From assembly GCA_951406725.2 (NCBI GenBank), contig OX597827.1, forward strand, positions 58,900,001-58,964,000: DNA of 64,000 nt, written 5' to 3'. Shown here in pieces: positions 51,820 to 64,000 of the stretch. The notes beneath the pieces were generated by a model, which searched no databases, was not told the origin of the DNA, and saw only the letters and a list, made by a program, of their open reading frames with translations. Source of the DNA: Octopus vulgaris (taxonomy: Eukaryota). Position numbers and translations under genes: made by a program. The number at the start of each line of letters is the position of its first letter. Position 1 is the first letter of the stretch.

Positions 51820-52345
51820 TATTATGTTTTACTTTTAATCTGCATGTTTGTTACAAATGCTTGCTGAAACACACCCAGTGTCCTATGGCGAGTGAAGGAT
51901 AAGACATGGTAGAATATGACTGAAAACTTGGGGAGAGGAAGAGGAAGGGGCAGTTGCAAAATATCTTCATGTAATACAACACAGACATTTAAAATAGTAG
52001 GGTTTTGCAAAGGATGTTGGAAGTATTTGCCAGCACAATCTTTTAGGTTTTTCTGAGACATGGTACTCCTGGGATGTTATCTAGAGGTTCCTAACATCTC
52101 TTTTTTTATCATACCTAGGGCACCTACAATAACAGGAACAGTTCTCGCTTTAAGATGACACATCTTTTGTATTTTAAATAATCCAGGTTCTTATATTTAC
52201 TTAATTTGTCCAATTCCTTTACAGATATATATTTATCAGTGGAAACACTTACACCTATTCGTCTACAAGTATTTTCTTTCTTTAATAATAGTCTATTTGA
52301 TTAGCCTAGATTGTTCTGTCAGTGTTGACTGGAAAATCCCAGTAT
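51820..52345 (-). mobile_element. RLE LINE 3' fragment (same subfamily as 34450-34960, inverted)
   Basis: WDFPVNTDRTI...KLSKYK...RTVPVIVGALGMIKK on the minus strand; (TAA)n at both ends. Confidence 0.82.
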
Positions 52346-53089
52346 TATTATTATTATTATTATTATTTTTTTCTCATTTGATCACATCAATGTGACATTA
52401 GGAGAGAATTAAAAAAAAACCTAACCTATTTTGAATATTTTATTTTATTAATTTACATTTTCACACAATGAAGTGACTTATTGCACACTAAAAATTTATA
52501 TTTTTTTTTTCCACACTTCCACTCCTGCCAATGAAACACTCTTGGTACGAGAATGAGGGAATATTAACAGAGTTAATTAATGATATCTTTAGAATAATGA
52601 TTTATTAGACATTTTTATTGACATTTTAGAGTAATTAAATTTAAATTAAGCGTAATTAGTATAAAGACATCATTACTATTGTTCATGATATACCACATTT
52701 TATTCCATCTCTCTTTCTCTCAAGATATTGTTGTTTAGCCTCAAGTCAGTTCTGAAAGAGTAAACCTATTCTCAAAAGTATTCCAGCCATGCCCATCCCA
52801 TCTTTTATGTACATCAAGGACCATATTATTCTTTGTGTTCCCTAGATTTAAGACAGTAGGGTGTGATGTGAAATGCACAGGTCAAGCTACTACACAGAGA
52901 ATTTTTTATTGATTTGCTTTCTCCGTGCACATGTGTATGTGTGTGTGTGTGTGTTTCAAATAGATAAGGTAGAAGAGGCTGGGAAACAGAAAGTTGATGA
53001 CAGGGGTAGATACAGAGAAAAAAATGCATTTGTTGTGCACCAACAAGCTCCCAGCATGTGTGGGTGTGTGCAAGTGGCAATTTGGACAG

Positions 53090-53472
53090 CTTTACTCTTT
53101 TACTTGTTTCAGTCATTTGACTGTGGCCATGCTGGAGCACCGCCTTTAGTCGAGCAAATCGATCCCATGACTAATTCTTTGTAAGCCTAGTACTTATTCT
53201 ATCGGTCTCTTTTGCCGAACCACTAAGTTACGAGGACGTAAACACACCAGCATCGGTTGTCAAGCAATGTTGGGGGGACAAACACAGACACATATATATA
53301 CATATATACGACAGGCTTCTTTCAGTTTCCATCTACCAGATCCACTCACAAGGCTTCGGTCGACCTGAGGCTATAATAGAAGACACTTGCCCAAGGTGCC
53401 ATGCAGTGGGACTGAACCCGGAACCATGTGGCTGGTAAGCAAGCTCATTACTACACGACCACTTCCACACCT
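53090..53472 (-). mobile_element. SINE family A
   Basis: match to consensus. Confidence 0.85.
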
Positions 53473-53751
53473 ATAGGGGAAAAAATTTATATTCAGGTTA
53501 TACTGTGGCACCCCTAGCATCGTCTTATGACACACAAGTGTTCCGCGACATACTGGTTGCAGAGCACTGCTCTTTTTCACAAAGTTATGAAGCTCAAAGT
53601 TCAGAGACACAAATCTAACAATGACATGTTTTTTTATAAATGACAAAATTTATATTATTTACTCTCAATCGAAGCAAGGCGCTAAAACCAAGTAAAAGAA
53701 TAAAAGAAAAGTGTAATGATATATATTTTGTGTCACTTTCCTGTCACTCAC

Positions 53752-53811
53752 CTGGGGTTTACCTGGACAACAGTAACCAGCAATATCTTCGTCTTCTATT
53801 TTTGCCATAAA
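53752..53811 (-). CDS. unc79: UNC79 exon 3
   Basis: tttcag / CAG|gtgagt; FMAKIEDEDIAGYCCPGKPQ; 60 nt, phase 0-0. Confidence 0.88.
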
Positions 53812-54188
53812 CTGAAAAACAGAAAGTTTACAATTGACTCATGGAAAATGCATGGAAATATATGCATAAAAACTAAAAAAAGAAACAAAGATAAGCTGGT
53901 GGAATGATGCTAGAATACAGAGGAAGCTGAGTTGCAGTTTGAGATGCTGAGGTTAGTAGTCAAAAATACCACAGAAAATATTATCTCTCTCCTTTACACA
54001 CAGAAAAGGATTTTAAAGTTGATGTTAAGGTATTGGGGTAGATGTGCCGTTAAGAAACTTGCTTCCAAACTATGCATCTTGGGTTCAGTCCCACTGTGTG
54101 GCACCTTGAGCAAGTGCCTTCTATTATAGCAATGTGCTGACTAAAATCTTGTGATTGGATTTGGTAGAATGAAACTGGAAGAAGCTTT

Positions 54189-54219
<31 letters not shown>

Positions 54220-54572
54220 TGTAACATACATATTCATGGAGGCAATGACAAATGACATACTTGAGAAGAAGACCCATCAAGCCAAGTGAAATTGTAGTCA
54301 TGGCAGATATTGGTGTCATGCAAAGTGACACCCATACCAGTGGCATGTAAAAGCATCCATTATATTCTCAGAGTGGTTAGCATCAGGAAATTTGATGTAA
54401 GAGGGGCAAATAGAATACTAGGCTTACAAAAAAAAAATGAAAAAGAAAAAAAGAGCACTGAATCAATTCCTTCAACCAAAATCCTTCATGGTGGTGCCTC
54501 AGCATGGCTGCAGTCCACAACTAATACAAGTAAAAGGTCAGAAAGGCAAACATTTATAAACAGGAAACTAAC

Positions 54573-54694
54573 CTTCATGAGTAAAGCAACAAGTTGATGT
54601 ATTGTGTCTCTATCAACTCCTTCTAAATCCATTGCTTTTTGAAGTAGTTCAGTAAAATTGCTTTCTTCATCGGTAAATTCTCGTAGATTTCCAC
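54573..54694 (-). CDS. unc79: UNC79 exon 2
   Basis: cag / AAG|gttagt; GGNLREFTDEESNFTELLQKAMDLEGVDRDTIHQLVALLMK; 122 nt, phase 1-0. Confidence 0.9.
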
Positions 54695-55314
54695 CTGTTT
54701 TAATTTTGTATGGGTTTTTTGGTGGGTTGCAGGGTACATTTTTTGTGGTTTAAAGAGAAAATACAGTGAAACAATTATAAGAGAAATATTTTTTTAATAA
54801 AGATATGGTAAGAAAAAAATCCAAAATAAAATTATATTTCTTTATTAGTGACGGAAAGAGTATTAGTTAAGAATAACAATTTATGTATCATACTTAATAT
54901 AGATACAAAGCCTTGAAATGAATATTGCATTTTGAAGGCTTTCTACAGCATATCTACATTAACCCTTTAGCATTTAAATCAGCTATATCTGGCCCAAATA
55001 ATCTACCTGTTTTATGTTCAAACTGGCAATGTTCAGCTTCTCACACCTACCCTACAAGGTCATTCTAGTGTAGTGGGTGCTTTTTACATGCCACCAGCAC
55101 AGGGGAAAGAGGAGGCTGGCAATGGCCACGATCAGTTGGTGCTTTCTACATGCCACTGACACGGAAGCCAGTCAAGGTGGCGCTGGCATTGGCCATGTTC
55201 AGATGGTACTTTTTACATGCCACCGGCACGGGTATCACAACTACAATTTCTATTTAATTTTTATTTTGATGTTGTACTTGACTCAAAAGGTCTCAAGCAC
55301 GACAGGTCACCCTC

Positions 55315-55570
55315 GTACAGTATACAATATCATGTGGTTGTTGATTGAAGATATTGTCTACTAGGGATTTGTACTGTTTGTCAAGTCACAACAAGGATCT
55401 TAGACAGACAGTACTTTATGCAATATGCATGCAGTTCCAAGTAATGCTGACTTTTGCAATACATCTAGATTGTAGGGTATCTCTAAGGTTTACAGATATT
55501 TTTTTCTGATTGGGTGGTACTGAACCCAATGCTCCACATCTTAGCAATCTCAATTCTCAGGTCTCCATAT
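55315..55570 (-). mobile_element. RLE LINE 3' end (same subfamily as 10420-10580)
   Basis: sequence similarity to 10420-10580; LQKSALLGTACILHKVLSV*; (TAA)n at the 5' junction. Confidence 0.7.
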
Positions 55571-56239
55571 TATTATTATTATTATTATTCCTCATGCACA
55601 AGTATGTGTGCATTCATCATTATTCAATTTATTTGATTCAATTTCAGGAAAACTGAAATGTGTCTTTGACAATTCTGGAGTGTATTGATTTTTGGCATGT
55701 TCTGTATTTTAACTTTTCATTACAAGGCGTAAACTCACTTTCTTCAATACCACTCCCCATCTTAGCTAAGGGATCTTGATCTTGAAGTTACTTGGTGACC
55801 TTACCAGTGCTGGTGCCATGTAAAAAGCACCCAATACACTGTAAAGTGGTTGGTGATAGGAAGAGCATCCAACCATAGAAATCATACCAAAGCAGATATT
55901 GGAGCTTGGCACATTCCTCTGACTCAGCAACTTCTGTCAAATCATCTGACTCATGCCAGCATAGAAAAACAGATATTAATTGGTGATGATAATGATGATA
56001 TTTAACAGTTTGGTTATTGTCACTTTGACCAATCCATTCTGGACTGTAGATCATTTTTCTAGATTTGAAACTGTATTTTCTTTTGTAACTCTTTGACAGC
56101 TTATGTCAAGAAAAGTAGGTCATCAAGAAATATAAAAAGCACACAAGGACATTAAGTTTTGAATTCCTGTGTTATTGCTTCATGAACTGAAAAAGTAACT
56201 GCCAAAAAGAAGAATTTAAGGAATTTCAAAAATACAAAC

Positions 56240-56350
56240 CTCCAGCAAATACGTAATTTGTAAAAGTACCTAAACCAAATTTGGCAGTCATGCGCCGTCC
56301 CAAGCTAAACTGTGGGGCTGACTGTTGTCTGATGCAAGATTTTTCCTTAT
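56240..56350 (-). CDS. unc79: UNC79 internal exon (window exon 1)
   Basis: tttacag acceptor, G|gtttgt donor; 111 nt, phase 1-1; (D)KEKSCIRQQSAPQFSLGRRMTAKFGLGTFTNYVFAG; phase matches next exon; poorly conserved sequence. Confidence 0.75.
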
Positions 56351-57200
56351 CTGTAAAAGTGTGGAAAAGAAAAAAGCAAAAATAACTAAAACATAGAATA
56401 AAGAAGATAAAAATATATTATTGTCGCTTACCAAAAATGTTCCATTAAAATTTATTATAATTTCTTAAGAAATTGTTAATGATTACATTCAAAGAGTTCA
56501 CTTGATCAAATAGATTATGAATAAGTAATATGGTTTGATCTAATTAATTGTAATTAATGCATAAATCAAAATAATTCAATGAGAGAAGGAGAGGTGGAGA
56601 GTATTTAGGTCGTTTAAGGGCAAATAGAAATTATAATTTTATAATTTAATTAAAACAACCTGAAATTATTTCTTCATAAAAAGCAACAACTAAACTCTTC
56701 AATTTCAAAAAACTTTATATCTAATTATACATTTATTTATTTATCTATTTATTCATTTATCTAGTTATTTATTTATTTATTGCTATTTCTTACTTTACAG
56801 AATTTTATGACTGAAGAAGGAATTGAATAAAGAAAAAGACAAAAATAAATTAAAGGTGAGAGAGTGAGAGAGAGACAGGGTGAGAGAGGGAGAGAAAGAA
56901 AGAAAGACAGATGAAATTGGTTTTCAATTTTGCCAAATTATTATTTGGCTTTTATTTATTTTTATCATTTTTATCTCAAATATTTATTGCATTTATTTTA
57001 TATTATATGTTGACTCATTTGCTCAATAAATATAAATTATTGTTAAAAATCATATCTTACAGCTTTTTTTTTTATTAATTGATTAAGAAGAGTACATAGA
57101 GAACATACAAGACTTTACTTTGGATACATTCAAGATTCCATATTTAAATACAAAGAAAAAAATTAAAGAAATCAAAGCAAAATAAATAAATATATAAATC

Positions 57201-57248
<48 letters not shown>

Positions 57249-57544
57249 TAATAATACAACTTTCTGAGAGGCAAAAATTAATCATTTTTCACTTTTAATC
57301 ACAACCTACCAGCAATCAATCATGATTCTTATTTATTTTGTAAAAGAAATAAAATGTTGCAAATAATGATATTAATCAAAGCTATATGGTAAAAGTCAGC
57401 AAGACCGAGAGAATTAAATGTATCATAGGAGGACCTAACAGTCTAAGAATTAGATATAAATATAGTCTCAGAAATAGATATAAATATAATCAAAGAAATA
57501 GATATAAATAAATTATTGATAACATTGTGTAACAAAATTTTAAC

Positions 57545-57985
57545 TTTTTTTTTGTCTTTGGTCAGTAAGTGTTATTTCCTATTTGCTTCTATCTGGAAAT
57601 CAAAGGAAATCACTTCTGCACCTTCCAAACTTTGCTTTTGTGACCTGGACATCAATGTCTTGAAACTGACCTATTTCCCATTACATTTCACAGACAGATT
57701 CAGTGCTGAGATGCTGAATCAGAAATATTGTTATAGCAAAATATTCTGCTCAACACCACAGATTTGCCTGACCATTTGAGCATATCCCTTAGTAGCTGAC
57801 AATATGTGCAATTCTGATCATGAGCAGGAGTAGTCAGGGAGCATCATAACCATGTGTTGAGAGGGATTCATTGGGGTTTGAATAAATGTAAGGAAAGCAA
57901 AGTTTGAAGGAAATATTAGCCATTTTTCATACTTTCTAGGGATAAGAAAATGGGAAATAACAGTTGCTTTCCAAGGACAAAAATC
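57545..57985. mobile_element. second copy of the 450-bp MITE-like element
   Basis: reverse complement of 11820-12272 along its length. Confidence 0.65.
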
Positions 57986-59181
57986 AGGTTACATAGTGTA
58001 ATCATATTAGGTCTTTTTGTTCATAAAGTATGACTCCATTAAATATTTCATTTTAGAGAGTACATAATCTTTAAGGTTTGTTTTCACTACCATATCATTT
58101 TATCAGTTCTATGATTAACAATTATAACTCATTAACCATTTCATGACCATATCTGTAATGAGATGCACTGCCTTATTGTTTTAGAGTTTCAGTAAATTTT
58201 ATGAAAATAATCAAGAATTTGGTGAAATTTGGTAAAATAACAATTTTTTTTCATTAATAATCTGGGGTTTGGGATAATAAATTTAATATAATTAAAGCTT
58301 CTTTACATAAGGTACAGGTATTGCTGAGAGGCTAAGAAGCTTGCTTTGCAACCATGGAATGTCAGGTTCAGTCCTGCTGTGCAGCATGTTGGGCAAGTGT
58401 CTTTTACTACAGCTCTGGGACAACCAATGCCTTGTGAAGGAATTTGTGTGGAAACTTATTGTATATGTGTGCGTACTTAGAGATAAGTAGTAGAGTCAAT
58501 TTGTTTTCAACTAAACCCGTCATTGTGGTGCTCTAGCATGGCAGTTGTCCAATGACTGAAACAAGTAAAAGATAAATAACCAAAAATATTATCAAATAAA
58601 TCCTTCTGTCTTTTAAGATGACAGAGTCATGATTTAAGAGAATTTAGCTGCTGTTTCTAACATCTAGGGTAGTGGTTTTCAACTGGGGTCAATATACGAT
58701 TTTTTGGGGTCCACGTAATAAAAAAATATATTGAGGATCCACAGTAGTATTTTAAGGGCCATGAAAAGAGATGTTTTAGATGTATGTATTGGTGTTTATT
58801 CCAAAAAACAGCTAGGTTTCTTTCTCTAACATTGTACTTAGTTTAATATGCAGAAGTTAATGAGTGGAAAACAAAATAAGTATTTTGAAAGAACTTTCTA
58901 TCAAACTCATTTTTAAACCTTGAATGGCTTGGGGATGGGGTCTACCTCAATAAAATAGTAATTAAAGAAGTCAATAGGTAAAAAATGCTTGGGAACCCCT
59001 GATCTAGAGAGACCATGTAGAGCTGTTTGGTTAACTTGTTGGCCTGTGCATTTTACTGTATTCTGCTTTCTAGCAGTATTGAGCTGTACCACTTTATGGT
59101 ACATGTTTACAGCCATGAGGACTTGTCTATTTAATGACCTGACCGAGGGATACAATGCAACATCAGTGACAAAGCTAATAC

Positions 59182-59202
59182 TTGCTGACTCCTCTTCATC
59201 AA
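59182..59202 (-). CDS. unc79: candidate UNC79 21-nt microexon
   Basis: gttgtag|TTGATGAAGAGGAGTCAGCAA|gtatta; xDEEESA, phase 1-1; TACTAAC at 59240-59246; weak donor. Confidence 0.3.
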
Positions 59203-59328
59203 CTACAACATTAATTCAGCCACCTGAAAGCTTTATAATGTTAGTAATAATACGACAGACATAACAGCTTCAAAATCTTTTCACCCATAGACTAAAGAAA
59301 AACAATAAACAATAAAAAAATTTGGAAA

Positions 59329-59372
<44 letters not shown>

Positions 59373-59458
59373 CATACACATATACATACATACACACATA
59401 CATACATACATACATACATACATACATACATACATACATACATACTTACATACATGTA

Positions 59459-59501
<43 letters not shown>

Positions 59502-60736
59502 CAGGGATGTGCCGTCTAGGTAGGTAAAGTAGGCAGTGCCTACCTTGGATAAAATAGATCGATGGCAGCATTTTCCTTTCATGGCAAAATATGAACCTAA
59601 TTCAATAAAAGCATGAAGCTTACTCTGCTTACTATGTATAAAATGCAAAATATTTTATTTTTTTATAGATTAGGTAGACATAATTCATCCCAACTTTTCA
59701 ATCTCAGTATTTAAGCTACACATAACACTGCTGTAGCATACATTCTGCGTACACTCCTACAAAAACGTTTTCTTTATGTGCTGTGAAGGTAGAAGTAAAT
59801 CTGCCTACAACTCAGTTGCATGCCTGTCTTTCACTTATTTTTTGAGTGTTTTTCTACATAAAGGTGACAAACTGCCTACCCTGAGTAATTACTAACGACA
59901 CGTGCCTGATACATATGTATGTATATATATGTAAGTGTATGTGTATATAAATATATATATATGTGTGTACATATAAATACATGCATCTTAAACAGATTGC
60001 ATAAATACTTACTTTCTACAAATGTTTTTCAAATTTAAAAAATAGATGTTAAAATTTTTTCATCAATGCATTTTTTTAAAGTGTTTGTTTATACAAAATT
60101 CTTGAGTCATGCAAATAAACAGTGATGAAATAGAATATAATGAAGTTTAAATGTAAAAAATTCCAGAATAGAAAAAATAGTAATAAAAAAAGAAGGAAAA
60201 CAGGGAAAAGGTTGTTGGGTAGGAAGCCGTTCTTGTCAGCCATTCAACCATGCTAGGGGGACAAAACTCATGGAAAAGTTCATTAGTTTAGGTGAATGAG
60301 GCAGAGGGGGAAAAAAGAAGGAAGACCAGTACGAAGCATGTAGACCCCTTATGAAGTTCAATTAAAACAAAAAAGTAAATGACTTTTTAATGTAAATTCT
60401 TAAAAAAATCTTTGTAGAATGAAGGCAATTTTTTTTTTTGGTAAATAAATAAAATAAAACGCTTTATTTTGGGACTACGTTTATTTAATGTTGTCTTTTA
60501 ACATACACATTAATCTACAGCTAACTGATCATAAAATTTGTAGTATTTTAAATTAGATCATTTAGTCTAGTTTTAAACCAAAATATGTTTTGCTTTATCC
60601 AAGCAACAACATATTTCAGTAATTTTTTTTTTCTGATTATCCTTTTCTTGAATTTCTTATTGATATACAAAACATCTTACTGTGATTTATATATAAAACT
60701 TATTACTATGTCTCATATAAAATAAATTATAGATAA

Positions 60737-60840
60737 TGTGTGTGTGTGTATGTATGTATGTATGTATGTATGTATGTATGTATGTATGTATGTATGTATG
60801 TATGTATGTATGTATGTATGTATGTATGGGTATGTGTGTT
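60737..60840. repeat. (GT)n(GTAT)n microsatellite
   Basis: read directly from sequence. Confidence 0.95.
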
Positions 60841-61369
60841 TGCATATTTAAACATGTAGTGTACTTTGGTGGACAGTTAATACAAGGGAAATAATCATTT
60901 CTTCATAAAATTTGGTAGAAAGAGAAGTTTGAATTTGAAATAAGAAATAATGAAAAAAACGCATAAAATACACAATACAAAACTTATCAGAGTGTCTCAT
61001 ATAAAATATATACATATATTAGATACATACATACATATATATATATAATATATATATATATATTAAACAGGTAGTATCTCTTAGAGACAGTTAAGTGAGG
61101 GGAGATAATCATTTCTTCATAATTAGTGAGATTAGAATTTTGAATTTGAAATTAAGGAATTATGAAAATGATGCTTACAGTGAACATTTATAAGATTTTT
61201 ATGTTACTTAATTACTATGGAGTCCTTAAATTTTCTAGTCTGTGGTAAACATGTATAGCACTTTTTAACATTTTCATCCCTATAGATAACATAAATACCA
61301 ACTGTTATAAGTGCTATACAGCTCCCTTATATTTGCCAATAAGTAAGAGAAACTCTAACAACAACAATA

Positions 61370-62430
61370 ATATATTCAGTAGTTTTTGTTGATTGAAAAA
61401 GTCTGAATTAGCAAACCTAAAAAGAAGAACTAGGAAGGAATTCAACATGAATGGAGGATTTCATCCTAGAGCAGGAGCAGCAAGGTGGTAGAGGTTTAAT
61501 ATCAGTAGAAGACTATGTGGAATTAGCTAGAGTACATACAGCCTCTAATGGTGAGGCTGTATTATTATTTTATTTAGAGCTGTTAGTGCAACAGTAGGAG
61601 ATAGGGAAACCAAAAGGCCAAATGTAGTTAAAAAACCGGAAAAAAGAAACAAGATTTTCTGACTGGCAAGAAAAAGCTTTGCATGGTAAATTTCCAAAGA
61701 TAGTTGCAGGAAATAATAATAGTGAGACATGATTGTGGTTTCAGAAAGGAAGGTTGAAAAGGGAGGCAGAAAGTTTATTAGTAGCAGTACAAGATCAGGC
61801 ATTGAGGACTAACAAGGTAAAAGCTAGGAGAGACAAAATTCATATAGATTGCCAATGTAGGTTATGTAAATCAAAGGAAGTTAGTAATTGTAGTATGCTG
61901 GCACAGAAGAATACAAGAACAGACATGACAACCTAGGGAGAATAATCCACTGGGAATTATGTAGAAAGCTAGAATTTGACCATTCTGAAAAGTGGTATGA
62001 ATATGAACTTTATCAAGTGCTAGAAAGTAAGAAATATAAGATGTTATAGGATTTTAACATTCAGACTGACAAAATAACAGAATAACAGAAGCTAGAAGAC
62101 CTGATTTAGTAGCAGTAGGCAAAGAGAATAGATATTGACTTTACAGTCTCAAATGACGAGAAAGTTAATATGAGAGGTCTAGAGAAAAACATAACAAAGT
62201 ACCAAAATTTAGCTATTGAGTTAAAATGCATCCTTGTAGTTATAGGCGTATTAGAAACTATTCCTAAGGATTTGAATTGATGGATAGAGGAAACAGATCT
62301 AAAACCTAGTTTAGTGATACTCCAGAAAACAGTATTATTATAGGCAGCTAGGGTCCTTACAAAGGTTCTAGACATCTAAGGTTACTTGTAGCCTGATATT
62401 AGGAATTTTTTTCAACAATCTAATCTATAG
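61370..62430 (+). mobile_element. R4/Dong-like (RLE) non-LTR retrotransposon 3' fragment
   Basis: LKREAESLLVAVQDQALRTN, CRLC zinc knuckle, IHWELC, DFNIQTD and LQKTVLL motifs; frameshifted. Confidence 0.85.
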
Positions 62431-62439
62431 TGCATTTAA

Positions 62440-63608
62440 CAAGACATACTGACAGATAAAGGGCATGGCTATGGGTACAAAATTCGCACCTTCATATGCC
62501 AACCTGGTGATGGGTTTCCTTAAGAACAAACTATATGATGAAATAGGGAAAGCCTTCGAACGCGACTTCAGAGAAGACATCAAGAAAAAGTGGAAACGCT
62601 ACCATGATGACTGCTTCATCTTTTGGAACAGATCAGGAGATCTACGAACATTCCACAACATCCTCAACATAATGCACCCATCCATCAACTTCACGATAGA
62701 TACCAGCCACAACGAACTTCCCTTCCTAGACATCAACATCAAGATACACAACTCCATCATCACAACAGACATCAACTGCCACCCATCCCACATAAAAAGA
62801 ATCATCCCATATAGTATGGCAAGACGTATATGTAGCATAGTAACTGACTCACAAACACGCCAAATAAGACTAGATGAACTTAAAACTCCCTACTAGAACA
62901 AAAATACCCACACAAAATAATAAAAAATGGAATCTCAAGAGCAATGAAACTAGACATGACACAACTCAGAACTCCAAAAACGAAAAACAAAGAAAACATC
63001 ATCCCTTTCATAAACACACATAACCCTGGAGTTACCAACATGTTTCAAATCATACATTCAAACTTACCAATAGTCCTACAAAGCCCCAAAATGGGAAACA
63101 TATTAAACAAATATTGCATAAAAAACAGTAAATGACAAGACAAAAACCTGAAGAAACAACTAACAAGAGCGAAATTCTCATCAGAAACTAAAACCGAATT
63201 CTTTGTAAAAGAGTGCGGAGATGGTAGATGTGGGATCTGCAGTAACACCACGTATAAATATATAGAGTGAGACAAACAAATGAAATTTAAGAGTGGTCAC
63301 ATATTCAAAATAAATGCAGACATGAACTGCAAGACGCAGAACGTAATATACAGCATAACCTTCCCCACATGCAAGGAGAATTATATAGGCGAAACTGGAA
63401 ATTCTTTATGCCAATAAGCTAGAATTCACTGACAACATGTCCAACAGGAGGAACTGCGAAAGATTCCACTGAGTAAACACCTAGATACATGTGGAGAAGG
63501 AAAATTTAAGATCTTTCCCTTCTACAAATATCCAAAGAACGACACCTCCTTCAGGAGAAATATAGAAAAATACTTCATAACAAAGTTCTCCCCCAAATTG
63601 AATGGCTG
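62440..63608 (+). mobile_element. Penelope-like retroelement fragment (RT plus GIY-YIG endonuclease), decayed
   Basis: GMAMGTKFAPSYANL, WKRYHDDCF, LPFLDI, and NVIYSITFPTCKENYIGETG; in-frame stops. Confidence 0.88.
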
Positions 63609-64000
63609 AAAATATTTCTATAAAAATTTGTACTAGATGAAGGACCAATTTTGTAAAGTAAATTGCATTAAACACACACACACACAGTACTACACATATG
63701 TACATATACATAAATAAAAACAATCTTTCATCCAGATTCTCCAACCCATGTCAGCATGGGAATCAAACATTGGATTGAAAGAACTGAACAGTGGTATAAA
63801 TGTCAACACAATTATTTCTTCTTCCTCTCTTTCTTCTTTTTTCCCTTCTCAAGAGACACACCTTCCAGATACATAGGTACCCCCCCACACACACACACAC
63901 GCACATACACACACACACACACTCACAAAACAATAATAAAAAGAAATCCAGACAATTTTTTGAGAAGTGACATTTTGCCCCCCTTGAAGTGGCCAGCTGA

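Noticed and set aside
53752-53762. Alternative donor CCAG|gtaaac in exon 3
   Set aside because: 11-nt shift breaks the frame, and the downstream CAG|gtgagt is stronger.

Overview
AT-rich eukaryotic genomic DNA. The SINE families and microsatellite load point to an octopus (coleoid cephalopod); this is an inference from repeat content. The whole window lies inside one minus-strand gene, unc-79 (UNC79, scaffold subunit of the NALCN sodium-leak channel complex). I traced 22 internal coding exons by hand (56350 down to 14284, 3404 nt, about 1135 codons), all with AG/GT boundaries and consistent phase. The N-terminal exons and the last exon(s) lie outside the window. Introns are filled with at least five SINE-like families, fragments of RTE, R4/Dong-like (RLE), Tx1-like and Penelope-like retroelements, MITE/piggyBac-like and Helentron-like elements, a tRNA-Lys pseudogene, microsatellites and several long hairpins. 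There are no prokaryotic features and no CRISPR. The most interesting signal is a candidate pair of microexons (25 nt at 11507-11531 and 8 nt at 6787-6794) in the last visible intron, which keep the UNC79 frame only if included together. A further microexon/poison-exon candidate sits near 59.2 kb, and there are many inverted repeats that could be ADAR or back-splicing substrates. All splice and editing claims need RNA-seq.
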